In this document: one piece after another, positions 18,415-28,046 of the stretch
Layout of the letters: every line of letters starts with the position of its first letter
Position numbering within the stretch: position 1 is the stretch's first letter
Virus record (IMG/VR): IMGVR_UViG_3300049489_000477
Span: 32,001-96,000 of that record
Length of the DNA: 64,000 bases
Reading direction: 5' to 3' (one strand)
Source of the DNA: a virus
Notes under the pieces: generated by a model
What the model was told of the DNA's origin: nothing
Seen by the model: only the letters and a program-made list of their open reading frames with translations
Database searches by the model: none
Position numbers and translations under genes: made by a program

Positions 18415-21324
18415 TTATGCTATCCCTTTCGATAAGCTTTGTATGCCCAGCATGGAGTAATCTGGTGGGGTGAAATGTTGAACTGGCGGCTTTTCTTTCG
18501 CTGATGTCTTGTCTAATTTATTAGCTATATCATTCAAAACTTTTAAGACTGTAGAATTCTGGTCAGAAATAGTTGACTTCAAATCACCAACTTGGGCGGC
18601 TGTCTTGTCGGATGTTGGTGTCTTACTAGCATTATCAAGATTAGACTTCAATTGGTCAGCCGGATCTCTATATCCTGCTGGTGGTTCTATTGGCTTTCCA
18701 GTTTCAAGTGCTTTATCCATTCTACTGAATGCATCGTCGCTCTTATCAAGTGCTGTACTTGGTGATGCTGCCTTCTTCTCAGCTTCTACTTTTGGTTCAG
18801 CCGATTTCTTTGGCTTCATGAAGTTGTTGATATATTCTTCCATGGTTCCTAAACGCTGTGGAAGAAGTTGTGAGTAGAACAAGTCACCTTTTGCCAACAT
18901 ATCTGGGTCGAGATTGGATTTTGAATCTTCCTTACTCTCAACAATTCCTTTGATTTTACTCCATATTCCAGATACGCTTCTGAGTTTATCCAACGCAGAT
19001 TTGGCTTTATTTACATTTATTCTACCAGTTCGTGTATCGACCATCAAGTCGCCTGCTGCCGAGCTTAATATGGATGTTATCTCATTTCCTAATTCCGAAA
19101 TGGATCCTTGCGATTGGCTAGCCATCATAGCTGGTCCAATACTCATTTTACGCAAAGCTTGTGATACAGCCGCTGCCCGAGCAACCTCTTCTGATACTTG
19201 TTTTCCGTCCGGTAACGGTTTCATGAATTGATTAACTGATTGTTCGTAATCATCACCAGACATATTTTTTATACGATCAGTATTCTTTGATTCGACGCCA
19301 GATTTTTGTGAGTTAGCTTGTGCGGTGTCGAATAAAAGTCCACCAGCGGTTCCTATGTTCTTGCCCCACTGAACTGGAGCAGATAAAACATCAAGTGCAG
19401 TTTTTCCAGTGCCCGACCAGAATCCATCTTTATAATTTTCCTTAACATTTCCAAATCCCAAAGTATCAGCGACTCTTCCACCAACACCTTTTTGAGATAA
19501 GCGCATAGCTTCTTTTCCACGCGCATCTTTGTCAAAGGCGGTTGTATATGCACCATATGCTGCCATTGCTGGACCCATAAAGGCGGCGGCTTTACTCGCA
19601 ACACTTCCGACTTTACCAAGTCCCGCCATTAATCTAGGAGCCATCGATGTCATTTTTCCAACATTTGTGGCTACGCTAGAACCGACATTACCAATAGCCG
19701 AAGCCGCTCTACCAGCGACCCCAGCAGCCTTTGAACCAATACTACGGAAAGCCGAGCCGACTCGACCAGTAGCGCCGGAAACTGCTCTTCCCATTGATGC
19801 TTTGGCACCGGAAACTGCACGCCTGGCTGCTGATACTGCTCTACCGGCTTTTGATCCACGCATTGCAAGTTTAGCTTTTCTAAATGCTCTGCTTAAGCGA
19901 CCACCCTTTCGTGCGCCAGCGGCTCCTTTACCACCACGGCGTAGGTCCAATAGGTCTAATAATGAATCAAACAGACCTCCACCACCTTCGCCGCCTTCGC
20001 CAAGTAATCCACTTCCTTTCAATTTAGCAACAATTTCGTCAACCAAATTGTACTTTACATATTTTTCAAGTCTATCGACCTTTTCATCAACATCCTCTGT
20101 GCTTTCGGCAAGTCCGTCCGCTTCGTTATCTATTCCATCGACTTTTCTAACCAATCTACGCATAGCAGCGTCATTATCATCATCAATATCCGCTTCGTTA
20201 CGCATATCGTTTGAAATAAGTTCAATAGCTTTCTCTGTATCTTTCTTAATTTGTTCACCAAGTGTCCTTGGCATAGGTTCATTATCCATGGATGGGTCGA
20301 ATCCTGGCAACGGAGTTTCGCCAGATTGTTTTTTGTCTTTCATGTACCTTGGTTGAATCTTTGCACCCACATATCCAAATGCTTTCTGAAGACCACCACC
20401 AAGCGATTGTTCGATACTGGCTTGTGTCGATGGTGCTGAATGATCTTGAGCAAAATATCCGAATGCGTCACTAATAAGTGACCTTGCTGCCGTCATGCCT
20501 CCAGAAAACTTCTCCTTGAGAATTTTAAGCTTCGATTCTTGTTCAGCTATGATCTTATCTTTTTCTTCGTCTAGTTTTCGTAACTTCTTTTCCTTTTCGA
20601 TTTCTGATGGTGTTTTATTATTGTTATCATCTAGCTCTTTGTTGAGGCTCTTTGCTAAACTCTTTACTTCCGTATCAGATAATTTTTCGCCCTTGTTTAT
20701 TTTCGCCATCAATTTTTCAACGGTAGAATTGACGGCTTTAAATTGGTTATCTATCTTATTGGTTAATTCTTTGTGATTTTCTTTGGCTGTTTTCTGAAAA
20801 TCTTGAAATGTTGGTAGCAACTTTTCTTCTTGCTTAGGTTCTACATGTGACTTTGGGGCAATCAACTTCGACATGCCGCCAAACATGCTCTGAATCGACT
20901 TACCAAGTGATTGCTCAATACTTGCTTGTGTTGCTGGGGCTGAATGGTCTTTAGCAAAATATCCAAATGCATCGCTTGCGACTGACCTGGCTCCTGTTAC
21001 GCCACCCGAAAGATACTTTTCACCAAATACCTTGAATTCACCTTTTATTTTGGCTAATGTTTCTTCTTTATCTTTATCTCTTTGCTTTTTAAATTCATTA
21101 AGTATTTCGTCTGATAGTTGCTGTGGTGTCTTCTGTTTGCTTTGAGCTTCGAATTTTTCTTTTAATGCTTTGATGGTATTTTCACTACCGCCAAATTTTG
21201 TCATCAATTCAGCCATTGATGCAGAAAGAATATGCATCTCATGCCGCATGTCCATTAATGCTTGCTTCATGAGGTCTTGGTCAGACACCCCTATTTGATC
21301 AGCAATAATGCGACTATCAGCCAT
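18415..21324 (-). CDS. Tape measure protein
   Basis: 969 aa helical protein with G/A/K/R-rich central region, downstream of gp26/gp51. Confidence 0.7.
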   Translation of the reverse strand: MADSRIIADQIGVSDQDLMKQALMDMRHEMHILSASMAELMTKFGGSENTIKALKEKFEAQSKQKTPQQLSDEILNEFKKQRDKDKEETLAKIKGEFKVFGEKYLSGGVTGARSVASDAFGYFAKDHSAPATQASIEQSLGKSIQSMFGGMSKLIAPKSHVEPKQEEKLLPTFQDFQKTAKENHKELTNKIDNQFKAVNSTVEKLMAKINKGEKLSDTEVKSLAKSLNKELDDNNNKTPSEIEKEKKLRKLDEEKDKIIAEQESKLKILKEKFSGGMTAARSLISDAFGYFAQDHSAPSTQASIEQSLGGGLQKAFGYVGAKIQPRYMKDKKQSGETPLPGFDPSMDNEPMPRTLGEQIKKDTEKAIELISNDMRNEADIDDDNDAAMRRLVRKVDGIDNEADGLAESTEDVDEKVDRLEKYVKYNLVDEIVAKLKGSGLLGEGGEGGGGLFDSLLDLLDLRRGGKGAAGARKGGRLSRAFRKAKLAMRGSKAGRAVSAARRAVSGAKASMGRAVSGATGRVGSAFRSIGSKAAGVAGRAASAIGNVGSSVATNVGKMTSMAPRLMAGLGKVGSVASKAAAFMGPAMAAYGAYTTAFDKDARGKEAMRLSQKGVGGRVADTLGFGNVKENYKDGFWSGTGKTALDVLSAPVQWGKNIGTAGGLLFDTAQANSQKSGVESKNTDRIKNMSGDDYEQSVNQFMKPLPDGKQVSEEVARAAAVSQALRKMSIGPAMMASQSQGSISELGNEITSILSSAAGDLMVDTRTGRINVNKAKSALDKLRSVSGIWSKIKGIVESKEDSKSNLDPDMLAKGDLFYSQLLPQRLGTMEEYINNFMKPKKSAEPKVEAEKKAASPSTALDKSDDAFSRMDKALETGKPIEPPAGYRDPADQLKSNLDNASKTPTSDKTAAQVGDLKSTISDQNSTVLKVLNDIANKLDKTSAKEKPPVQHFTPPDYSMLGIQSLSKGIA

Positions 21325-21326
21325 AA

Positions 21327-21584
21327 TTAACCTCGAATTGCCTTATAAAGATTGGTTATACCTTCAATGATAAGTTCATTCATTTGTTCTTTTTCTCTTG
21401 TTTCATCGTTTCTTTTCTCTTCGTATGTGTTTTTAAAAGTAAACGAATGGAAAATAAACTCAAAAAACTCTAGTTCTTCCGCCTGATGTATATTTATACA
21501 ACCTTCGGAATTTTTTATAAGCTCAAGAATATCACGAAGCAATTCGAGGTAATATTCTCGTTCAATTGTTATTTTATAAAAAAA
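21327..21584 (-). CDS. gp51-like frame, probably translated as a -1 frameshift extension of gp26
   Basis: Frame opens directly after a TGA at the T7 slippery site; no ATG near its 5' end and no SD; the ORF track only finds a TTG start at 21542. Confidence 0.65.
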   Translation of the reverse strand, partial: FFYKITIEREYYLELLRDILELIKNSEGCINIHQAEELEFFEFIFHSFTFKNTYEEKRNDETREKEQMNELIIEGITNLYKAIRG

Positions 21585-22354
21585 TCAATAAACTTGACCT
21601 CATCTTTACTCTGTTGTTGACAATGAACGCATGTAAAGTCCATTTCTAAAAATGTTCCAAAACCTTTGATCTGCGCGAAGTAGTTTTTTATGCGTTCAAA
21701 ATCATCCAGGGTCAACGATTCAGCAAATTCAACTCTTTCTTTTATAGATGGTGTTACTTCTTTCTTCACATCATCAATAGATACCGTTATTGCTTTGATT
21801 GTAGATGCCAAGAAAATAAAATTCTTCTCTACCTCACTCGTTACCTTGGAATCCTTAATATATTTCTCTATTTCAAGGTTGTCGCCACGCGACAGCAAGC
21901 CGACTGCGAAGGAAACATCACCGTTTTTAGAAACAATAACATTCGTTTGCTCTGGTTCTTTAAAAAACTTGGTCGTGATGTTTGTAAATGGGAATTTTAC
22001 ATCAACATTTGTCTTACCGCATGCTGAACATACATGGTCTATGGAGGCGTAGTCAAATTCCGTTGAATTTTTTCGTATTTCAGTCAAAATCTGCTGCCGT
22101 TCTTGATCTACTAGCTTTTTAGCATCAATGGGCACTTCATCATCGGTTGCTGCGTATTTTTCAATAAGTTTGTCTGCAAAGGCATCAATAGCCGTCTCAT
22201 CAGAACCTTCCAGCACCTTTAAAAATTCCTTTTTGTCTCGTATTTTTATAGGGCGAAGCAAAATTTCTTTCCCGCTATAACATAATGTGACGGGCTTTGG
22301 TGCCGCTTTTGTTAAATACGCTTTTTTAATATCAGACATATTAATATCAGACAT
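21569..22354 (-). CDS. Baseplate hub assembly chaperone gp26-like
   Basis: ILLRPIKIRDKK, LTEIRKNS, CSACG and CVHC Zn motifs, C-terminal DFF. Confidence 0.8.
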   Translation of the reverse strand: MSDINMSDIKKAYLTKAAPKPVTLCYSGKEILLRPIKIRDKKEFLKVLEGSDETAIDAFADKLIEKYAATDDEVPIDAKKLVDQERQQILTEIRKNSTEFDYASIDHVCSACGKTNVDVKFPFTNITTKFFKEPEQTNVIVSKNGDVSFAVGLLSRGDNLEIEKYIKDSKVTSEVEKNFIFLASTIKAITVSIDDVKKEVTPSIKERVEFAESLTLDDFERIKNYFAQIKGFGTFLEMDFTCVHCQQQSKDEVKFIDFFIK

Positions 22355-22413
22355 GAGATATCCCCTTGTTGTTTAAATTATACCCTAAAAACCAATTACT
22401 TTTTATAAGAAAA

Positions 22414-23001
22414 TTAGTCGGTAGGTCTGTTGTTTGTTTGTTTTGGCTCTTGTTTATTTGACGGACTAAACAACTCTATTGTGTAGAAATCATATGTAAA
22501 ATTAACATTAAAATGAGCCAAATCATTAGATGCGTTGTTTAATTCGTACCCACCAACCTTGCGTGGGAAGAAACCATTCATGGTATATTTGCAAACTGGT
22601 TGACCAACTCTATTCAATTGATATACATGCGCAATTCTCTTGTATGACTTTTGCGTGGCAGCAGCTTTGCGGTTAAAATCCCATGCCAAAGATGACCATG
22701 CCAGAAAAGTTGATCGCAAAATATACGAATCGTCTGACCAAAATGTAACCGCCCAATCATCATCAAATCGTATACCCTCAACTGCCTTTATACTGAGATG
22801 TTGAAACTCTATATTTTTTGATTTTAACTCGAAATTTGGTAAAGTTAGTGTTTGTGCAAATGCTGTTAATGTCGTTTTATCATCGGGTACGATACCAATG
22901 GCTGGTATTTCGATAGCAAACATGTAAGAACGAGCAAAATCGCCGCCCAAAGCGGCGATTTTTTCTCTAAAACCTACAAGATTGATGTTGTGTATAGTCA
23001 T
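22414..23001 (-). CDS. Tail tube-fold protein (gp19/gp54 paralog)
   Basis: DFARSYMF, TLTLP, DDWAVTF, VYQLNRVG, GFFP, FNVNFTYDF. Confidence 0.8.
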   Translation of the reverse strand: MTIHNINLVGFREKIAALGGDFARSYMFAIEIPAIGIVPDDKTTLTAFAQTLTLPNFELKSKNIEFQHLSIKAVEGIRFDDDWAVTFWSDDSYILRSTFLAWSSLAWDFNRKAAATQKSYKRIAHVYQLNRVGQPVCKYTMNGFFPRKVGGYELNNASNDLAHFNVNFTYDFYTIELFSPSNKQEPKQTNNRPTD

Positions 23002-23041
23002 AAAAGAATTATACCAACAAAACCAACAACATTAAGCGTTT

Positions 23042-23707
23042 TTATGCGTCTATTGGTCTGTTCGCTACCTGTGCTGGCTCGTCTGTGTTAACTTCATTAC
23101 TTGGAATGTTACGGTTAGGTGCAGATACAACCGCTCTTTCACTGTTATCACTTCCAATGTTGACTGCCTTGGCGTTAGCACCAGTAGCTACGGTATAGAA
23201 GTCATATGTAAATGTTACATTAAACTTCGCTGGTTCTACATCGTCGTGTCCCAACTTTGGTGATTCAACGATACTTGGGAACAAACCATAGAAGGCATAA
23301 ACCAATACTGGTGATCCAAGACGATCAAGCTGGCTTACATATATCTTATCCTTCTTATAGCTGGTAAGAGCAGCCCCTTCCATCGTTCCTGGGTCATGAA
23401 TATACGAGGTCCAGCGAAGGAGGTTTCCGCGAAGAGCCTGCGCTTCATCAGCCAAGCACTCGACTTGCCATGTTTGGTCAAATTCGACTACCGATGCGAC
23501 TTGCATCTTCATGCCTTGGAAACCGATTGGACTCGTCTTGACCTTGTACGCAGGAAGAGTTATTGATCGAACCATCATTGATAATGTGTTCGTTCCAGCA
23601 TCATCAAGCCACTGTGGCATGTCGATTTTGAACATGAATGACCTGGACCAATCTCCAAGTACAGTTCTAAATCCTACCAAGTTCTGGTTAAAAGCTTTGA
23701 TTGCCAT
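23042..23707 (-). CDS. Tail tube protein gp19
   Basis: SITLPA, FQG, QLDRLG, YGLFPS, FNVTFTYDFY; follows the sheath gene. Confidence 0.88.
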   Translation of the reverse strand: MAIKAFNQNLVGFRTVLGDWSRSFMFKIDMPQWLDDAGTNTLSMMVRSITLPAYKVKTSPIGFQGMKMQVASVVEFDQTWQVECLADEAQALRGNLLRWTSYIHDPGTMEGAALTSYKKDKIYVSQLDRLGSPVLVYAFYGLFPSIVESPKLGHDDVEPAKFNVTFTYDFYTVATGANAKAVNIGSDNSERAVVSAPNRNIPSNEVNTDEPAQVANRPIDA

Positions 23708-23729
23708 TGTTTTTTACTCCTTAATTAGA

Positions 23730-25742
23730 TTAGCCTCTGCCGACCAACTCTTGGAAATTGACTCCAGTAGCTACAGCGGTGAATATGAGCTTGATGAACT
23801 CTATTACACGAACTGGCTTTACTAATATTTCAGCGACGAATTCGTTACGGTCGATGACTTCTGGTGTGTTGTTTCTTTCGTCAGCAACAACCAAGTAGTC
23901 ATAGACGCCGCGCTTGGCTTTGATTTCAGCAAGGAAGTTGTTGACACTGTTGCTGAAGCGTGAGCGTGTAACTTCATCATTCAACTCGAATATGTAGTAG
24001 CGAGCAAGTCTCTCGATTGAACGCTCCAAGTAGAGGAACAAACGACGGACATTGACGCGATCAAATGCCGATGGCTTGGCTTGAAGTGTCTTTTGACCCC
24101 AGATAACGATACCTTGACCAAGGAACTTCACAATAGGATTGATACGGTTCTGGTAAAGGATATCGCGTTGTGCCTGTGTAGGATTGACGATGGTATCAAT
24201 GACATTATCAATGATGCCACGGTTCAAGCCGGCAGGTGCCCACCACTGTGCGTATGCGAAGTCGGTACGGGCATATGTTGCGCCGACGAAGCCGGTTGCT
24301 GGGATCCAGCGTTCCTTCTCGCCATAGTTATCAAATATCTTGAAGTAGTTTCCGTAGATAGCGGAATAGCTACTGTTGATATTCAAGTCACCAGCAACAT
24401 AGTTAGCCATCTTGGTGTAAACTTGATCAACGACCTTCTTGGTTGTTGGGTTTACCATGATGGTTTCTGGTACATTCAATATTGCGAAGCAATCCTTACG
24501 GATGTTCTTGGCAAGATTGTCCATTTCTCTCTTGACATTATCCGAGTAATCGGCATCCAAGAGAAGGTCTACTTGCTGAGATTCCTTGTTTCCAAAGAAC
24601 TTCTGCCATGCACCGAAGATTTCACCTTCGAGTTGACCAAGACCAGGATCTGCGTCAAGAACACCATCGTGTGATGCATCCGAGTAACCAGCCAATCCGT
24701 CTGCTCCCATAAGTGGGGTACGACCAATAGACCATGTTACTTCGATAGCATCTGAGGATTCTTCACTTGTACCGGTAAATACATTAAGGTACTTGTTGTT
24801 TCCGTTGATAACGGATGGACCAAACATGTTGTTACCGTATCCGTCTCTCTGTTCTGGATTGGTCGAAACCATATATACATCGTCTAATGTATCATTTTCG
24901 TTGAACACATAGAAGAGGTATGTATCGTAGAAGTATACTGGATTGCCTGACATGTCGTATGATACGACTGTTGGTTCTGGACCATATTCTGGTGAGGTAT
25001 AGTTGCCCAACATGACTGAATCGACAGCCCAGCCAGCCGATGTGTTGCTTGTATCAACTTGACCGCCGCCAGTGCGTGGTTGTGCGACAATGACATCATC
25101 ACGGAGAGATGGAGCGCGGCTCAAAAGAGCATCGCCCGATGTTCCCGACCAATACATAGCAATAATTGCTTGACGATCTGAATCAAGAACGGCTTGTGCC
25201 AAGTCGCGCTTGAGGTTTTGAAGTGTCTTGTATTCGAAATTCGAAACAACGGAGAATGAAATGTTTTCGTAGAATGGACCAGCGCCAACTGCGTACACAT
25301 GGAACAACTTTTCAGCACCAGATACGTCAAGAGGTCCACCAGTTGTTGTAGCGGTTCCGACAGAATCATACACAAGAGGATATTGCTCAACCTTCATTGG
25401 TTCTGGTTGTGCAGTCAAATCACCCTGTGGTTGGGTTGATGTTGGTGGTGTGAAACCAACGACTACACCAGCCGCATTACGAGTAGAATCTTCAATACGA
25501 ACAACCTTGAGGGCGCTCGAAGCCTCGGAGAACTTCAGCGCAGTCCAAGCGAACTTGTAGTTAACATCATCTGGCTTACCAAAAACTTCTATATAGTTAC
25601 TTGGGCTTGTGATGTCTACAATTTGATTAACTGGACCTTTAGTTGAGTGAACAACTATCGCACCCGTTGACGAGGTGACCGTTTCAATACGGAGTGTTCC
25701 GTCGCGCTCGATTACTTCTACGCCTGGAGAAAGAAGTGTCAT
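23730..25742 (-). CDS. Tail sheath protein gp18
   Basis: MTLLSPGVEVIERD, WWAPAGLNRG, WGQKTLQ, SAFDRVNVRRLF. Confidence 0.97.
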   Translation of the reverse strand: MTLLSPGVEVIERDGTLRIETVTSSTGAIVVHSTKGPVNQIVDITSPSNYIEVFGKPDDVNYKFAWTALKFSEASSALKVVRIEDSTRNAAGVVVGFTPPTSTQPQGDLTAQPEPMKVEQYPLVYDSVGTATTTGGPLDVSGAEKLFHVYAVGAGPFYENISFSVVSNFEYKTLQNLKRDLAQAVLDSDRQAIIAMYWSGTSGDALLSRAPSLRDDVIVAQPRTGGGQVDTSNTSAGWAVDSVMLGNYTSPEYGPEPTVVSYDMSGNPVYFYDTYLFYVFNENDTLDDVYMVSTNPEQRDGYGNNMFGPSVINGNNKYLNVFTGTSEESSDAIEVTWSIGRTPLMGADGLAGYSDASHDGVLDADPGLGQLEGEIFGAWQKFFGNKESQQVDLLLDADYSDNVKREMDNLAKNIRKDCFAILNVPETIMVNPTTKKVVDQVYTKMANYVAGDLNINSSYSAIYGNYFKIFDNYGEKERWIPATGFVGATYARTDFAYAQWWAPAGLNRGIIDNVIDTIVNPTQAQRDILYQNRINPIVKFLGQGIVIWGQKTLQAKPSAFDRVNVRRLFLYLERSIERLARYYIFELNDEVTRSRFSNSVNNFLAEIKAKRGVYDYLVVADERNNTPEVIDRNEFVAEILVKPVRVIEFIKLIFTAVATGVNFQELVGRG

Positions 25743-25768
25743 AATTTACTCTCCTATTATCTTGATTA

Positions 25769-25776
25769 TATTTATA
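25769..25776 (-). promoter_or_regulatory. Late promoter TATAAATA
   Basis: Exact match upstream of the sheath gene. Confidence 0.85.
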
Positions 25777-25842
25777 TGCCTTATGTGTTTATCTTTTGGA
25801 TTTTTTATATGCATCGATAAACCACCAACATTTAAATATTTA

Positions 25843-27453
25843 TCAGATTCTCCCTAGCTGCTTTTTGAAAATATCCTTGTCTGACAGTGGGCGCACATAT
25901 TTATTGAAGCTCTTAAGAATATCTTCATCTGTTTCGGCGTTTGGATTGTTTTCTTTAGTTTGTGCCGCCTTGCCAGCATAATACATGAAATCGTCTTGAT
26001 AGTAGCGGGATCGTAAGGCATATGATACCCAATATGCCGATGAAATCGTATCGTCGTGTAGATTTCGACCCACTCTTGCTTTAAAAACTCCTGGGGTTAC
26101 TTCTTCAAAATAGGTGAGTTCTGTGTACATATCACGCGACCGGATGCGTATCTTTCCACATTCCACATCATCTTTAAAAAAGTTTAAAGCCATAGGCTTG
26201 GTTTTTACATTGGCATTTATGCCATGTTCTGCTCGTTCATAGTCAAAAAAGACATTTTCATACTCTTTATCGTGATAAAGAACCTTACACACGACTTCAC
26301 CAGTTGTGTTGTTTTCCACAATGACCATTGGGTTATTGAACATAGGGGTTAACTTGAAAAGAACATCAATAAAATCAAATAACACAATATCATTTTTCCT
26401 GAATATGCCAACTTGCTCAAAACACTGAGTTGTATTGAACTCGGTAACATCAAAAATGTTTATTACAGAGAAGTCTGTGTTGTTTCCAGCACCTTTAGAT
26501 ACATCGACACCAAATGCATACAATCTTCCCTTCTGTGGTTGCTTCCACATATGAAGACCTTCTTCGGTGATATATGCTGCGTCACTTACTTGTTCAGCGA
26601 GACGCAAAAGAGCCTCACCAGAAATAAGTGTATTTGTTGATCCAGTGAAACTACATTCATGTTCTTGATTAAAACGAACCTTACCAAGTATTGCCAATGT
26701 TGTATCGTGCCACGCTTGATCACGATCAGGATGTCTATCCCACTTGACCTTTTTAGAGACGAATGGGTTGGTTATACCATTGATGACTTTTCCAGCGCCA
26801 GTGAATATTTCATAGAACTTACCAGTTGATCCGTTTGGTGTAGATACCATGATCATACGACCACCTGTGCTGATGGTCGGGAATACGGATGTGAAGAAGT
26901 TTTCTGCTATTTCTTGTGGCACATGCGCGAACTCATCGAGAGCGAGAAGAGATAACGATTCACCACGGAACGAATCTTCAGCGGTTGTTCCGCCCATGAT
27001 GGTCGATCCGTTATCAAAACCTATTACTGTCTGGTCCCACTTTTCTGCGCCTGGCTTCAAGAAATCCGGCATTTCAAGATATGCCGTCTTAATATCTTTC
27101 ATAAGACTCTTTGCCGACGCTTCTTTGTTCGACAAAATACCAACGGTCTTATCGACATCAAACATGGCAAGCCACAACATATAAATGGACAGACATGTTG
27201 ACTTACCAAGCTGACGCCCGAAATTTAGAACGATGAATCTGTGTTCAACGAATGCAAGTAATGTCTCAATTTGGTAATCGAATAATTTGATGATGTGCTT
27301 GCCGCGTTTTTCTTCGATAACCGTAAAATACTTTTCGGCAAAGTAAATAATATCTTTGGAGCATTTCTTTATTTCGTTGATCTGCTCTGTCGTAAACTCT
27401 GTATCAGAATTTGGACGCTTAAGACCTTTTACTTTATCATAACTTACGGGCAT
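25843..27453 (-). CDS. Terminase large subunit gp17
   Basis: GRQLGKST Walker A, LALDEFAH Walker B, VSTPNG, FNQEHEC, GVDVSKG, HDD. Confidence 0.96.
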   Translation of the reverse strand: MPVSYDKVKGLKRPNSDTEFTTEQINEIKKCSKDIIYFAEKYFTVIEEKRGKHIIKLFDYQIETLLAFVEHRFIVLNFGRQLGKSTCLSIYMLWLAMFDVDKTVGILSNKEASAKSLMKDIKTAYLEMPDFLKPGAEKWDQTVIGFDNGSTIMGGTTAEDSFRGESLSLLALDEFAHVPQEIAENFFTSVFPTISTGGRMIMVSTPNGSTGKFYEIFTGAGKVINGITNPFVSKKVKWDRHPDRDQAWHDTTLAILGKVRFNQEHECSFTGSTNTLISGEALLRLAEQVSDAAYITEEGLHMWKQPQKGRLYAFGVDVSKGAGNNTDFSVINIFDVTEFNTTQCFEQVGIFRKNDIVLFDFIDVLFKLTPMFNNPMVIVENNTTGEVVCKVLYHDKEYENVFFDYERAEHGINANVKTKPMALNFFKDDVECGKIRIRSRDMYTELTYFEEVTPGVFKARVGRNLHDDTISSAYWVSYALRSRYYQDDFMYYAGKAAQTKENNPNAETDEDILKSFNKYVRPLSDKDIFKKQLGRI

Positions 27454-28031
27454 TAAGTATCCTTCTTCTCAACAACCTCTGCTGTTGCTTCGACAATCTT
27501 CTCTTCCTTTTCGGCTTGCTTCAATGCTCGAATAAGGTCGCCTGTCGATCCAACATGAACGATGTTATTAACTGTCTTACCTTGCTCACCACCAAATATA
27601 CTTGCTTTATTGACGATGGACTCTGCCTTCATTCTATTAATGCCGACCTTTTCGCGCTCAATGCGTAATTTCTCTTCGTCTAATTCGACATTTTTTAGAC
27701 CGTCCAAGGCTTGTGTTACGGAATTGGCGGCGGCTGCCAATGCTTCTACATTTTTATAGTCGCCGGTCATACCAGCTTCTTCTTGCATGATACGAACAGC
27801 CATCATACTTGTTTCGGCAACTTCACGATATAGATCCTTGATGAAATCCTTGTCTTGTTCGTATGTTGCACGCTTCTTTTCAAACTGATCCTTAATGGCT
27901 TTGAGTTTCTTCTGCCGTTCCTCATACATTCTTTTCTTCTCATTGTCGGTAGACTCGACATTTAACTTGTTAATATCATCAGCGATACCAAGTGCCTTTT
28001 CTATACTCTTTGTTGATGGTGCCTTTGCCAT
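27453..28031 (-). CDS. Terminase small subunit gp16
   Basis: Helical protein with NNIVHVGSTGDL motif, immediately upstream of TerL. Confidence 0.8.
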   Translation of the reverse strand: MAKAPSTKSIEKALGIADDINKLNVESTDNEKKRMYEERQKKLKAIKDQFEKKRATYEQDKDFIKDLYREVAETSMMAVRIMQEEAGMTGDYKNVEALAAAANSVTQALDGLKNVELDEEKLRIEREKVGINRMKAESIVNKASIFGGEQGKTVNNIVHVGSTGDLIRALKQAEKEEKIVEATAEVVEKKDT

Positions 28032-28046
28032 AAAATCCCCTATATA

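Noticed and set aside
19529-20356. 275-aa plus-strand ORF
   Set aside because: Antisense shadow of the G/A-rich tape measure region
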